Source of the DNA: Pristiophorus japonicus
Taxonomy: Eukaryota
Length of the DNA stretch: 64,000 nucleotides
Direction: 5' to 3'
Assembly (NCBI RefSeq): GCF_044704955.1
Contig: NC_091979.1
Location: forward strand, 232,128,001 to 232,192,000
The notes beneath the pieces were generated by a model, which saw only the letters and a program-made list of their open reading frames with translations, had not been told where the DNA came from and made no database searches. The stretch's first letter is position 1. Every line of letters starts with the position of its first letter. The position numbers and the translations under genes are program-made. Of the stretch, positions 36,685-50,075 are shown piece after piece.

Positions 36685-39175
36685 ATTTAATATGCACATA
36701 GATTGGGCTAACCAAACTGGAAGCAATACGGTGGAGGAGGATTTCCTGGATTGCATAAGGGATGGTTTTTTAGACCAATATGTCGAGGAACCAACTAGGG
36801 GGGAGGCCATCTTAGACTGGGTGTTATGTAATGAGAGAGGATTAATTAGCAATCTCGTTGTGCGAGGCCCCTTGGGGAAGAGTGACCATAATATGGTGGA
36901 ATTCTGCATTAGGATGGAGAATGAAACAGTTAATTCAGAGACCATGGTCCAGAACTTAAAGAAGGCTAACTTTGAAGGTATGAGGTGTGAATTGACTGGG
37001 ATGGATTGGCGAATGATACTTAAGGGGTTGACTGTGGATGGGCAATGGCAGACATTTAGAGACCGCATGGATGAACTACAACAATTGTACATTCCTGTCT
37101 GGCATAAAAATAAAAAAGGGAAGGTGGCTCAACCGTGGCTATCAAGGGAAATCAGGGATAGTATTAAAGCCAAGGAAGTGGCATACAAATTGGCCAGAAA
37201 TAGCAGCGAACCTGGGGACTGGGAGAAATTTAGAACTCAGCAGAGGAGGACAAAGGGTTTGATTAGGGCAGGGGAAATGGAGTATGAGAAGAAGCTTGCA
37301 GGGAACATTAAGACGGATTGCAAAACTTTCTATTGATATGTAAAGAGAAAAAGGTTAGTAAAGACAAACGTAGGTCCCCTGCAGTCAGAATCAGGGGAAG
37401 TCATAACGGGGAACAAAGAAATGGCGGACCAATTGAACAAGTACTTTGGTTCGGTATTCACGAAGGAGGACACAAACAACCTTCCGGTTATAAAATGGGT
37501 CGGGGGGTCTAGTAAGGAGGAGGAACTGAGGGAAATCCTTATTAGCCGGGAAATTGTGTTGGGGAAATTGATGGGATTGAAGGCCGATAAATCCCCAGGG
37601 CCTGATGGACTGCATCCCAGAGTACTTAAGGAGGTGGCCTTGGAAATAGTGGATGCATTGACAGTCATTTTCCAACATTCCATTGACTCTGGATCAGTTC
37701 CTATAGAGTGGAGGATAGCCAATGTAACCCCACTTTTTAAAAAAGGAGGGAGAGAGAAAATGGAATTATAGACCGGTCAGCCTGACATCGGTAGTGGGTA
37801 AAATGATGGAATCAATTATTAAGGATGTCATAGCAGTGCATTTGGAAAGAGGTGACATGATAGGTCCAAGTCAGCATGGATTTGTGAAAGGGAAATCATG
37901 CTTGACAAATCTTCTGGAATTTTTTGAGGATGTTTCCAGTAGAGTGGACAAGGGAGAACCAGTTGATGTGGTATATTTGGACTTTCAGAAGGCGTTCGAC
38001 AAGGTCCCACACAAGAGATTGATGTGCAAAGTTAGAGCACATGGGATTGGGGGTAGTGTGCTGACATGGATTGAGAACTGGTTGTCAGACAGGAAGCAAA
38101 GAGTAGGAGTAAATGGGTACTTTTCAGAATGGCAGGCAGTGACTAGTGGGGTACTGCAAGGTTCTGTGCTGGGGCCCCAGCTGTTTACATTGTACATTAA
38201 TGATTTAGATGAGGGGATTAAATGTAGTATCTCCAAATTTGTGGATGACACTAAGTTGGGTGGCAGTGTGAGCTGCGAGGAGGATGCTGTGAGGCTGCAG
38301 AGCGACTTGGATAGGTTAGGTGAGTGGGCAAATGCATGGCAGATGAAGTATAATGTGGATAAATGTGAGGTTATCCACTTTGGTGGTAAAAACAGAGAGG
38401 CAGACTATTATCTGAATGGTGACAGATTAGGAAAAGGGGAGGTGCAAAGAGACCTGGGTGTCGTGGTACATCAGTCATTGAAGGTTGGCATGCAGGTGCA
38501 GCAGGCGGTTAAGAAAGCAAATGGCATGTTGGCCTTCATAGCAAGGGGATTTGAGTACAGGGGCAGGGAGTTGTTGCTACAGTTGTACAGGGCATTGGTG
38601 AGGCCACACCTGGAGTATTGTGTACAGTTTTGGTCTCCTAACCTGAGGAAGGACATTCTTGCTATTGAGGGAGTGCAGCGAAGGTTCACCAGACTGATTC
38701 CCGGGATGGCGGGACTGACCTATCAAGAAAGACTGGATCAACTGGGCTTGTATTCACTGGAGTTCAGAAGAATGAGAGGGGACCTCATAGAAACATTTAA
38801 AATTCTGACGGGGTTAGACAGGTTAGATGCAGGAAGAATGTTCCCAATGTTGGGGAAGTCCAGAACCAGAGGTCACAGTCTAAGGATAAGGGGTAAGCCA
38901 TTTAGGACCGAGATGCGGAGGAACTTCTTCACCCAGAGAGTGGTGAACCTGTGGAATTCTCTACCACAGAAAGTTGTTGAGGCCAATTCACTAAATATAT
39001 TCAAAAAGGAGTTAGATGAGGTCCTTACTACTAGGGGGATCAAGGGGTATGGCGAGAAAGCAGGAATGGGGTACTGAAGTTGCATGTTCAGCCATGAACT
39101 CATTGAATGGCGGTGCAGGCTAGAAGGGCCGAATGGCCTACTCCTGCACCTATTTTCTATGTTTCTATGTTTCTA
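36685..39175 (+). mobile_element. CR1 LINE, 5'-truncated, young
   Basis: ORFs 36692-37336, 37421-37771 and 37794-39077 (continuous RT with FVDD); (tttctatg)n tail. Confidence 0.95.
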
Positions 39176-40626
39176 CCCGCGCATCTCATAGAATAGATTA
39201 CTCTGTGGTCCCACAGGGATCTGTGTTGGGGCTTCAACTATTCACCGTATTTATTAACAACTGGATAGGCGGCATTGCAGGCAGTGTGGATGGAAGCATA
39301 AAATTACACAGGGATATCAACAGATTAAGTGAATGGGAAAAACTGTGGCAAATGGATTTCAATGCAGGCAAATGTGAGGTCATTTACTTTGGACCTAAAA
39401 GGGATAGAACAGGGTACTTTGTAAAGTACCTGAAAAGCTAGAAGCAGCGGAGGTTCAAAGACTTGGGGGTCCAGGTACATCCATCATTAAATTATCATGG
39501 ACAGGTACAGAAAATAATCACAAAGGCTAATGGAATGCTGGCCTTTATATCTACAGGACTAGAATACAAGGGGGTAGAAGTTATGCTGCAGCTATACAAA
39601 ACCCTGGTTAGACCACACCTGGAGCACTGTGAGCAGTTCTGGGCACACTACACCTTAGGGAAGGTATATTGGCCTTGGAGGGCGTGCAGCGTAGGTTTAC
39701 CTGTGATACCTGGACCCCAAGGGTTAAATTACAAGGCGAGATTACACAAACTAGGGTTGTATTCCCTAGAATTTAGAAGATTAAGGGGTGATTTGATTGA
39801 AGTTTTCAGGATATTAAGGGGAACAGATAGGGTGGATTTCCGCTGGTTGGGGAGTCTAGGACGAGGGGGCAGAGTCTAAAAATTAGAACCAGACCTTTCA
39901 GGAGTGAAGTTAGGCAACACTTCTACACACAAAGGGCTCAAATTTCCCCAAGAGTTGCCCTGCTTTTTTTGGAGCAAGTAGATTTTTTTGGATTAACTTA
40001 AAAAAAATCGCACATTTCCCCATTTAATTGCTCCAATGTAAGTCAGTTAGTTAGGTTTTGTTGTAGTTTATTTTTTTTTCTCCAAAAGGGGGCGTGACCA
40101 GCCACTTACACCTGTTTTGGCCATAGAAGCAAATTTGGCCAGCTGAACGTTACTCCAAACTAACTTAGGCCAGTGTATGTGGCCACTTTTGTAGGCACAG
40201 AAAAACCTTAGCTACATTTAAGATATCAGCGCAGGTAGCCAGAGATGGAGGTGGGGGGGTTGGGGGTGAGTTAGAGGATTCCAAAGCTCTAAAGACCTTC
40301 ACAACATCAGCACAACATTGCAACATCTTCAGCACAACAGCTCTGCACAACATCACCACAAATAAATGAGAGATAAATCAGCTACAGAAAATAGAGCAGT
40401 CCTACCTTGCTGACTGCAGAACACACCGGCTAGCCCTCCCGCCAGGGCTGGGGCAGCAGGCACGCATGACTGTAGGGGTGAGGGATTTTTTTACTTTTTA
40501 CAGTTGACCCTAAATGTTGCGTGGAGGATGATTCAGTTTTGATGCAAAATATCTTTTATTGTGAATTTTACAGTGCACTTCAACGATACAAACAACAACA
40601 ACAACATCCACAGCAGGAAAGAAAGT

Positions 40627-41984
40627 CTACACCAATCCCTCACCCACATCTCGGGGAAAGTGCACTTCCTTATAGGGTCGGTGATGGTGGTGGGGGGGGG
40701 GCGGGTTTTGGGGGCCAGGCTTGGGTCTGACCGGTGGCTGGTGTGTGGAGTGAAGTGGGAGTGGCATTTGAGTCTCCGGCCTTTGTGCCCTTATTGCAGA
40801 AGCCAGCTCCCTCATGGCATCCACCATCGTCTGCACACCCTCTGAAATGCCCGTCCTGACTTCCCGTCTTAGTGCAGAGATTTCACCCGATAGTGTGGCG
40901 ACCTTATCGCGCACCCCACTGACGGCCACCACGTGTGATCTTGTGAGGGCATTGGTCTCCTCACCCAATGAAGAAACCTGATTAACTTCTGCTGAGGGCT
41001 GCCTCTCAGGAGAGACTGGCCGGCTTCTCCTTCCCCTCACCATGGGTCTGCCTAGTGGCACCCCTCCAGTGCGAGGCGCAGGCTGGGACGGTGGGGGACT
41101 AGGTGTCCCAAGATGCATTTCCCGACCGCCACTCGGACCTGCGACCTCGGAGGGTGTGAATCCATGGAAGGTTGCCGAGGAGCTAATGGAGGGTTCTGGC
41201 TGTGTGATGCCCTGTGATAGGTCCTGATCGATATCGCAGTCAGCATTCTCCTGAGCACATATTTCCATGGAACCCTCCTCCCCCCACCCGCCTTGGTCTG
41301 GAGCACGCATCTGGATCCTCAGGATCTTGAGGAGTGTCGTCTTCTTCTGCAAAAGGCAACACAACAATCAAATGGTTAGCAGCACAGGAGGGGGCAGGAT
41401 GGGTGGCATGAGTAGTCTCACGCGTAGCAGGCCAGTCAGCAGGTTGATTTGAAGGGTCATTATGCATTTTAATGGCTCACCCTCACCCTCGCGTGTGGGT
41501 CCAGCTTGTGCAGAGCTGATTCTTTTTCTGCCGGTGCGAGTCAGCAAGTCAGCAACCCTCTGTTCCAGGGGTGTCAGTTGGTGCAGATTTGGCGGACCTC
41601 CTCCTGTTCTAGTTCTCTCCCTCTTGTTGTGGGCCAATTTCTTCTGCAAAGGTGAAAATATTAATTGTCAGACATGGTGCGCATCTGATGTGTGGGACAC
41701 ATACAGATGCTCACATTTCCCACTGCAATTCAATTTAACGATGAAGATAATACTTACACTAACTACTTGACCGACGTCCTGCTTCCAGATCTTGCGGTGT
41801 TGACCCCAGCGGAGAATTCTTCAGCAACCAGGTTCCACCTTTTCCTCATTTCCTTGGGGGAGACCTTTGACGGACCACTCTTGCTGATATCCAGCTCCAG
41901 CCATTTCTCCTCAATAACAGCCACTAATTTCTCCACTTCCTCATGGAGGAAATTCTTGGTTCCTCTTGCACACTCTTGCGCCAT
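40627..41984 (-). pseudogene. Spliced Myb/SANT-like (Myb_DNA-bind_5 / NAIF1-MSANTD-like) Harbinger ORF, disrupted
   Basis: Exon 41758-41984 (KNFLHEEVEKLVAVIEEKW...KRWNLVAEEFS), exon 41481-41643 (KKLAHNKRERTRTGGGPP...LTPLEQRV) and a third exon from 41346; GT-AG introns; frameshifts in exons 1 and 3. Confidence 0.78.
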
Positions 41985-42162
41985 TCGTCTATTGGACTCA
42001 AACGCAGGTAATGTTCAAAGATCACACTTACACCTCTCTTACACCTATCCAGCACTCCTTTACACTCCCTCAGCCACACAAAAATCAATATTCAGACCTC
42101 ACATTTACATATGCTTCATAGCCACTTATTCAGAGGATGCTCTCCCTTTAATTAACCGATTA

Positions 42163-45100
42163 TAAGAACATAAGAATTAGGAACAGGAGAAGGCCATCTA
42201 GCCCCTCGAGCCTGCTCCGCCATTCAACAAGATCATGGCTGATCTGGCCGTGGACTCAGCTCCACTTACCTGCCCTCTCCCCGTAACCCTTAATTCCCTG
42301 ATTGGTTAAAAATCTATCTATCTGTGACTTGAATACATTCAATGAGCTAGCCTCAACTGCTTCCTTGGGCAGAGAATTCCACAGATTAACAACCCTCTGG
42401 GAGAAGAAATTCCTTCTCAACTCAGTTTTAAATTGGCTCCCCCGTATTTTGAGGCTGTGCCCCCTAGTTCTAGTCTCCCCTACCAGTGGAAACAACCTCA
42501 CTGCCTCTATCTTGTCTATCCCTTTCATGATTTTAAATGTTTCTATAAGATCACCCCTCATCCTTCTGAACTCCCAACGAGTAAAGACCCAGTCTACTCA
42601 ATCTATCATCATAAGGTAACCCCCTCATCTCCGGAATCAGCCTAGTGAATCGTCTCTGTACCCCCTCCAAAGCCAGTGTATCTTTCCTTAAGTAAGGTGA
42701 CTAAAACTGCACGCAGTACTCCAGGTGCGGCCTTACCAATACCCTATACAGTTGCAGCAGGACCTCCCTGCTTTTGTACTCCATCCCTCTCGCAATGAAG
42801 GCTAACATTCCATTCGCCTTCCTGATTACCTGCAAACTAACTTTTTGGGATTCATGCACAAGGACCCCAGGTCTCTCTGCACCTCAGCATGTTGTAATTT
42901 CTCCCCATTCAAATAATATTCCCGTTTACTGTTTTTTTTTCCCAAGGTGGATGACCTCACACTTTCCGACATTGTATTCCATCTGCCAAACCTTCGCCCA
43001 TTCGCTTAACCTATCCAAACCTCTGCAGCTTCTCTGTGTCCTCTACACAACCCGCTTTCCCACTAATCTTTGTGTCATCTGCAAATTTTGTTACACTACA
43101 CTCTATCCCCTCTTCCAGGTCATCTATGTATATTGTAAACAGTTGTGGTCCCAGCACCGATCCCTGTGGCACACCACTAACCACTGATTTCCAACCCAAA
43201 AAGGACCCATTTATCCCGACTCTCTGCTTTCTGTTCGCCAGCCAATTCTCTATCCATGCTAATACATTTCCTCTGACTCCGCGTACCCTTATCTTCTGCA
43301 GTAACCTTTTGTGTGGCACCTTATCGAATGCCTTTTGGAAATCTAAACACACCACATCCATCAGTACACCTCTATCCACCATGCTCGTTATATCCTCAAA
43401 GAATTCCAGTAAATTAGTTAAACATGATTTCCCCTTCATGAATCCATGCTGCGTCTGCTTGATTGCACTATTCCTATCTAGATGTCCCGCTATTTCTTCC
43501 TTCATGATAGCTTCAAGCATTTTCCCCACTACAGATGTTAAACTAACCGGCCTATAGTTACCTGCCTTTTGTCTGCCCCCTTTTTAAAACAGAGGCGTTA
43601 CATTAGCTGCTTTCCAATCCGCTGGTACCTCCCCAGAGTCCAGAGCATTTTGGTAGATTATAACGAATGCATCTGCTATAACTTCCGCCATCTCTTTTAA
43701 TACCCTGGGATGCATTTCATCAGGACCAGGGGACTTGTCTACCTTGAGTCCCATTAGCCTGTCCAGCACTACCCCCCTAGTGATAGTGATTGTCTCAAGG
43801 TCCTCCCTTCCCACATTCCTGTGACCAGCAATTTTTGGCATGGTTTTTGTGTCTTCCACTGTGAAGACCGAAGCAAAATAATTGTTTAAGGTCTCAGCCA
43901 TTTCCACATTTCCCATTATTAAATCCCCCTTCTCATCTTCTAAGGGACCAACATTTACTTTAGTCACTCTTTTCCATTTTATATATCTGTAAAAGCTTTT
44001 ACTATCTGTTTTTATGTTTTGCGCAAGTTTACCTTCATAATTTATCTTTCCTTTCTTTATTGCTTTCTTAGTCATTCTTTGCTGTTGTTTAAAATTTTCC
44101 CAATCCTCTAGTTTCCCATTAACCTTGGCCACCTTATACGCATTGGTCTTTGATTTGATACTCTCCTTTATTTCCTTGGTTATCCACGGCTGGTTATCCC
44201 TTCTCTTACCGCCCTTCTTTTTCACTGGAATATATTTTTGTTGAGCACTATGAAAGAGCTCCTTAAAAGTCCTCCACTGTTCCTCAATTGTGCCACCGTT
44301 TAATCTGTGTTTCCAGTCTACTTTAGCCAACTCTGCCCTCATCCCACTGTAGTCCCCTTTGTTTAAGCATAGTACGCTCGTTTCTGACACAACTTCCTCA
44401 CCCTCAATCTGTATTACAAATTCAACCATACTGTGATCACTCATTCCGAGAGGATCTTTTACTAGGAGATCGTTTATTTTTCCTGTCTCATAACACAGGA
44501 CCAGATCTAAGATAGCTTGCTCCCTTGTAGGTTCTGTTACATACTGTTCTAAGAAACAATCCCGTATGCATTCTATGAATTCCTCCTCCAGGCTACCCTG
44601 TGCGATTTGATTTGACCAATCGATATGTAGGTTAAAATCCCCCATGACTACTGCCGTTCCTTTTTCACATGCCTCCATTATTCCCTTGATTATTGCCTGC
44701 CCCACCATGAAGTTATTATTTGGGGGCCTATAAACTACGCCCACCAGTGACTTTTTCCCCTTACTATCTCTAATCTCCACCCACAATGATTCAACATTTT
44801 GTTCATTGGAGCCAAAATCGTGTCTCTCAACTGCCCTGATATCATCCTTTATTAACAGAGCTACCCCACCTCCTTTCCCTTCTTGTCTATCTTTCCGAAT
44901 TGTCAGATACCCATGTATGTTTAATTCCCAGTCTTGGCCATCCTGCAACCATGTTTCTGTAATGGCCACCAAATCATACCCATTTGTAATGATTTGTGCT
45001 GTCAACTCATTTACTTTATTTCGAATGCTGCGTGCATTTAGATAGAGTGTTTTAATCCTAGTTTTTAAACCATGATTTTTAGTTTTGACCCCTCCTGTAG

Positions 45101-45515
45101 CCCCTTTATATTCAGTGGCCCTTTTTGTTTTTTGCCGCGGTTTTCTCTGCCCTGCACTTTTACTCATCTCCTTTCTGTCTTTTGCTTTTGTCTCCTTTTT
45201 GTTTCCCTCTGTCTCCCTGCATTGGTTCCCATCCCCCTGCCATATTAGTTTAACTCCTCCCCAACAGCAATAGCAAACACTCCCCCTAGGACATTGGTTC
45301 CGGTCCTGCCCAGGTGCAGACCGTCCAGTTTGTACTGGTCCCACCTCCCCCAGAACCTGTTCCAATGCCCCAGGAATTTGAATCCCTCCCTGCTGCACCA
45401 CTGCTCAAGCCACGTATTCATCTGCGATTCTGCTATCCTGCGATTCCTACTCTGACTAGCACGTGGCACTGGTAGCAATCCCGAGATTACTACTTTTGAG
45501 GTCCTACTTTTTAAT
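42163..45515 (-). mobile_element. Near full-length CR1 (ORF1 esterase C-terminus + ORF2 APE-RT) nested in the Harbinger element
   Basis: LPVPRASQSRNRRI...DGLHL (ORF1), then YLNARSIRNK, ITETW, GDFN, SDH and FADD (ORF2, frameshifted). Confidence 0.95.
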
Positions 45516-46049
45516 TGCCAAGCTTTCTGTCACACTGCGCATGCGCGCAGACTGAACCGCCCATTGCGCATGCGCGCACACTGAAACAGTCATGCGTGCC
45601 CCTCCCGGCACTGCACAACATGTTGGGCCCAAGCCCCACCCCCCCGCCGGCTGCGCGACACCGATGGATGCGGACGATGAGGGAGCGACCAAATTCACAG
45701 GCAGATTTTTGGCACTTTTTCTCCTCCAGGAAGTTGGCGCACCACATCGAGATACGCCGCTCGAAGCGGCTGGGGAAATTTGGGGCCAAAGGCTGGAACT
45801 CTCTTCTGCAAACAGCAGTTGATGCTGGGTCAATTGTTAATTTTAAATCAGAGATTGATAGCTTTTAGTTAACCAAAGGTATTAAGGGATATGGGCCAAA
45901 GGCAGGTCGATGGAGTTAGGTCACAGATCAGCCATGATCTCATTGAATGTTGGAACAGGCTCGAAAGGCTGAATGGCCGACTCCTGTTCCTATGTCCCTA
46001 TGTGAAGTGTCTGTAGTGTAGGTATACGGAGCAGCAACTCGACACCAAA

Positions 46050-46316
46050 AGAGTTCCCAGTGTAAGGGGGGAGTGTTGACCGGGACTCCAGGAAAGTTCC
46101 CGGTGTGAGGTAGGATTGCTGTCCGGGACTCCGGGAGAGTTCCCAGTGTGAGGGGAGAGTGTTGTCTGGGACTCCGGGAGAGTTCCCAGTGTGAGGGGAG
46201 AGTGTTGTCTGGGACTCCGGGAGAGTTCCCAGTGTGAGGGGGGAGTGTTGTCTGGGACTCCGGGAGAGTTCCCAGTGTGAGGGGGAGGGTTGTCTGGGAC
46301 TCCGGGAGAGTTCCCA
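46050..46316. repeat. 43-bp minisatellite x6
   Basis: gggactcc at 46082, 46125, 46168, 46211, 46254 and 46296. Confidence 0.92.
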
Positions 46317-47352
46317 CTTTAGTGGCGATCTGAGGTACTAATGCGACCTTTAGCTTTGTTGGGGAGTAGTGCTGGTCTGTCACTGTGCAGCATGAGGTGA
46401 TGGATGTGGTGATTCCCCATGTGCTCAGCTTCCGATGTCACCTGTGGGGAGATACTGAATGGGGGGAAACCCAGAGTTGGATCACCCCCCCGCAGCAGGA
46501 AATGATCATTAATTCCCTTATATCACAGTCAACTGAATGAGATTCTCTCCTCCCCCCCCCCCCCCCCACCACTTCATCTTTTCCCAAAGTCTTGTATTCT
46601 AGTCCTCTCTACAAATACGAGTCTTTCTTTTTTCTCTAGATGTAAAGGCCGGCATTCCATTATCTTTTTTGATTATTTTCTGTACCTGTCCATGATAATT
46701 TAATGATCAAAATACATGGACCCCCCCCACAAGTCTCTTTGAACCTCCACTGCTTCTAGCTTTTCACCATTTAAAAAGCACGCTGTTCTATCTCTCTGGG
46801 TTACAGCTGTACAGGAGTCAGTGACCCCAAGTCCCTCGCCTCGCCCTCTCCTCACCCACTCCATCTGGTCAGGAGCAGCAGCAGCAGGCCTGGCTGATTG
46901 CCTCCCTCCTAACCTCAGGATGTTGACACCAGGAACAGTGAGTCCCTATCGCCTCTGATGACTTTTACCAAGTAACAACAGTGACTACACTTCAAACTTT
47001 CTTCTTTGGCTGTGAAGCAGTTTGGGACGTCCTGAGTTAATGAAAGGCGCTATAGAAATGCAAGTTTTTGCTTTCTTTAAAACTTGCAGATAGAGAACCA
47101 TTGGCCATCGATCCCACCTATTCAGTGTTCGCTTGGTGCACTTCAAATAACCCTGCTTTGTTGACAAGGGACCGATCTAATTCCCATTAAGCTCCCCCCC
47201 CTTAATCTGTTCCACAAAATCTTTTCTTCCACCCCCCCCCCCCCCATTTAGTTAAAAATGAAAACCTCCCTGTATTTCTGTTTGTGTTTAGCTGACCTAT
47301 TCTCAGTTGCCCGTTACGATGAAAAGCTTTAGTGCTTTGACATGTTTTACAG

Positions 47353-47481
47353 GGATTCAGAACTTTAGATGACATTCGCTCGAAAGCCAGTCTCACCAAG
47401 CAGCAGACCATAGGCCTCAAACACTACCACGATTTCCTGGATCGAATGCCCAGGGATGAAGCTGCAGAGATCGTGAAAACT
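47353..47481 (+). CDS. POLL: POLL exon: fingers/palm
   Basis: ttttacag|[43 protein letters not shown]|gtaagt; 129 nt, phase 0/0. Confidence 0.96.
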
Positions 47482-48324
47482 GTAAGTACTTTGTGGTTCT
47501 GTGTCCAAGCAGGGGTGCTGCCCTTCACATCTGCAATTTGCAACCCAAGGCCGAGGGGTGGAGGTGTGCTCTGGATAGAAGATAGAATCAAAGTGTTTTA
47601 CAGCACAGAAGGAGGCTATTTGGTCCATTGTGCCTGTAATAGCTTTGAAAGAACTGTCCACAAACCCCTCACAACGAATGCAGCCTCTGATAATTCCCAG
47701 TGTGGCAATATTGCATGTGCTGTATTGGGGGAGGGGAGGGCTGTGTTTTGGGGTTGAGGGGGGGGTGTTGGGGAGGCGTGGGCGGGTGTTGGGGGTGGGG
47801 GGGGGTGGTGCGGTAGTGTGGGTGGGTATTGGGGATGTTGTAAAAACCCAGCCGGTTCACCAATAGCCTTTAGGGAAGGGGACCTGCCTCCACTAGCCAC
47901 TCTCTGAGCCCGGTGACGTGGCCCCACAGGCCATTCAGTGGCACGGGCAGCAGCTGTAAAGGAAGGAAGAAGGCCCCTCGATACCTCCTCAGGGCAACAT
48001 TGGAATGGGCCATCAATGGGCAGCCTTGCCGACCTCACACACAACCTGCAGGCAGATTATAATAGATGTAAATGCCCCTCAGGACTCCTGCTATATCTTG
48101 CTACATAACCTCAGACCCTCACTCCGAGGTCATTTGTTGTCTGACACGCTGTAACAATGCAAGGGGCCGTTGTATAAACATTGATTTCGATGTTTGTCTT
48201 TTGCTCCTGTCGTTATTTTTTTTTGTTCAGTTTGTGCCTTAAATAAAAAGACTTGCATTTATATAGCGCCATTCACCACCTCAGGATGTCCCAAAGCGCT
48301 TCACAACCATTACATCTGAAGTCC

Positions 48325-48940
48325 ATAGAAACATAGAAACGTAGAAAATAGGTGTAGGAGCAGGCCATTCAGCCCTTCTAGCCTGCACCGCCATTCAATG
48401 AGTTCATGGCTGAACATGAAACTTCAGTAACCCCTTCCTGCTTTCACGCCATAACCCTTGATCCCCCGAGTAGTAAGGACTTCATCTAACTCCCTTTTGA
48501 ATATATTTAGTGAATTGGCCTCAACTACTTTCTGTGGTAGAGAATTCCACAGGTTCACCACTCTCTGGGTGAAGAAGTTTCTCCTTATCTCGGTCCTAAA
48601 TGGCTTCCCCCTTATCCTTAGACTGTGACCCCTGGTTCTGGACTTCCCCAACATTGGGAACATTCTTCCTGCATCCAACCTGTCCAAACCCATCAGAATT
48701 TTAAACGTTTCTATGAGGTCCCCTCTCACTCTTCTGAACTCCAGTGAATACAAGCCCAGTTGATCCAGTCATTCTTGATAGGTCAGTCCCACCATCCCGG
48801 GAATCAGTCTGGTGAATCTTCGCTGCACTCCCTCAATAGCAAGAATGTCCTTCCTCAAGTTAGGAGACCAAAACTGTACACAATACTCCAGGTGTGGCCT
48901 CACCAAGGCCCTGTACAACTGTAGCAACACCTCCCTGCCC
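48325..48940 (-). mobile_element. CR1 3' fragment, nearly identical to 38560-39175
   Basis: ORF 48424-48753 compared with the C-terminus of 37794-39077. Confidence 0.92.
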
Positions 48941-50075
48941 CTTACCTACCTTTCCAGTAACTCCATGTTTGAATCCCTCCAATCAGGTTTCCGCCCCTGC
49001 ACAGTACTGAAACGGCCCTTATCAAAGACACAAATTACATCCTTGGTGACTGTGACGAAGGTAAACTATCCCTCCTCGTCCTTCTCGTCCTGTCTGCAGC
49101 CTTTGACACGGTTAACCACTCCATCCTCCTCCAACGCCTCTCCACCATCGTCCAGCTGGGTGGGACTGCGCTCGCCTGGTTCCATTCCTATCTACCTAAT
49201 CGTAGCCAGAGAATCAGCTGCAACTACTTCTCTTCCCACTCCCACATCGTTACCTCTGGTGTCCCCCAAGGATCTATCCTTGGACCCCTCCTATTTCTCA
49301 CCTACATGCTGCCCCTCGGCGACAGCATCCGAAAACACAGCGTCAGTTTCCACATGTACGCTGCTGACACCCAGCTCTATCTCACTACCACTTCTCTCGA
49401 TCCCTCCTCGGTCTCTAAGTTGTCAGACTGCTTCTCTGACATCCAGTTCTGGATGAGCAGAAAATTTCTCCAATTAAATATTGGGAAGACCGAAGCCTCC
49501 GTGACATCGCCCGTCTCCGCCCCTGCCTCAGCTTTTCTGCTGCTGGAACCCTCATCCATGCCTTTGTTACTTCTAGACTTCACTATTCCATTGCACTCCT
49601 GGCCAGCCTCTCGTTTTCCTCCCTCCATAAACTTGAGCTCATCCAGAACTCTGCTGCTCGTGTCCTAACTCACACCAAGATTCATTCCTCCAACCCCCCC
49701 CACCCTGTGCTCAGTGACATACATGGGCTCTCGGTCCAGCAATGTCTCAATTTAAAAATTCTCATCCTTGTTTTCAAATCCCTCCATGGCCTCTCGCCCC
49801 TCCCTATCTCTGTAACCTCCTGCATCCCTACTGGCCTTCAAAATATCTGTGCTCCTCCAATTCTGCCCTCCTGAGCATCCCTGATTATAATCGCTTGACC
49901 ATCAGTGGCCGTGCCTTCTGTTGCCTGGGCCCCAAGCTCTGGAACTCCCTCCCTAAACCTCTCTGCCTCTCTACCCCTCTCCCCTCCTTTAAGACGCTCC
50001 TTAAAACCTACCTCACCTGTCCCAATATCTCTGTGGCTTGGTTCAGGACGCTATATAAATGCAAATTGTTGTTGA
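48941..50075 (+). mobile_element. L2-like LINE, RT region + 3' end, with deletion
   Basis: FESLQSGFRP, SGVPQGSILGPLLF, YAADTQLY, LQLNIGKTE; (ttg)n tail. Confidence 0.88.

Larger units (their letters stand above)
39934..45787 (-). mobile_element. Non-autonomous PIF/Harbinger-type transposon
   Basis: TIRs GGGCTCAAATTTCCCCA / TGGGGAAATTTGGGGCC (15/17), 3-bp TSD AAA/AAA, internal Myb/SANT gene; no transposase seen. Confidence 0.85.
39200..46000 (+). mobile_element. Older CR1 3' fragment split by a Harbinger insertion (39200-39933 + 45788-46000)
   Basis: ...RQHFYTQ at 39912-39933 resumes as WNSLLQTAVDAG after 45790. Confidence 0.8.

Noticed and set aside
40627-41984. Domesticated host MSANTD/NAIF1 gene nested in POLL
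   Set aside because: It is enclosed by TIRs and a TSD and is frameshifted, so it is a transposon pseudogene.
36692-45401. Active LINE reverse transcriptase genes
   Set aside because: All CR1 copies are 5'-truncated and carry stops or frameshifts in ORF2.
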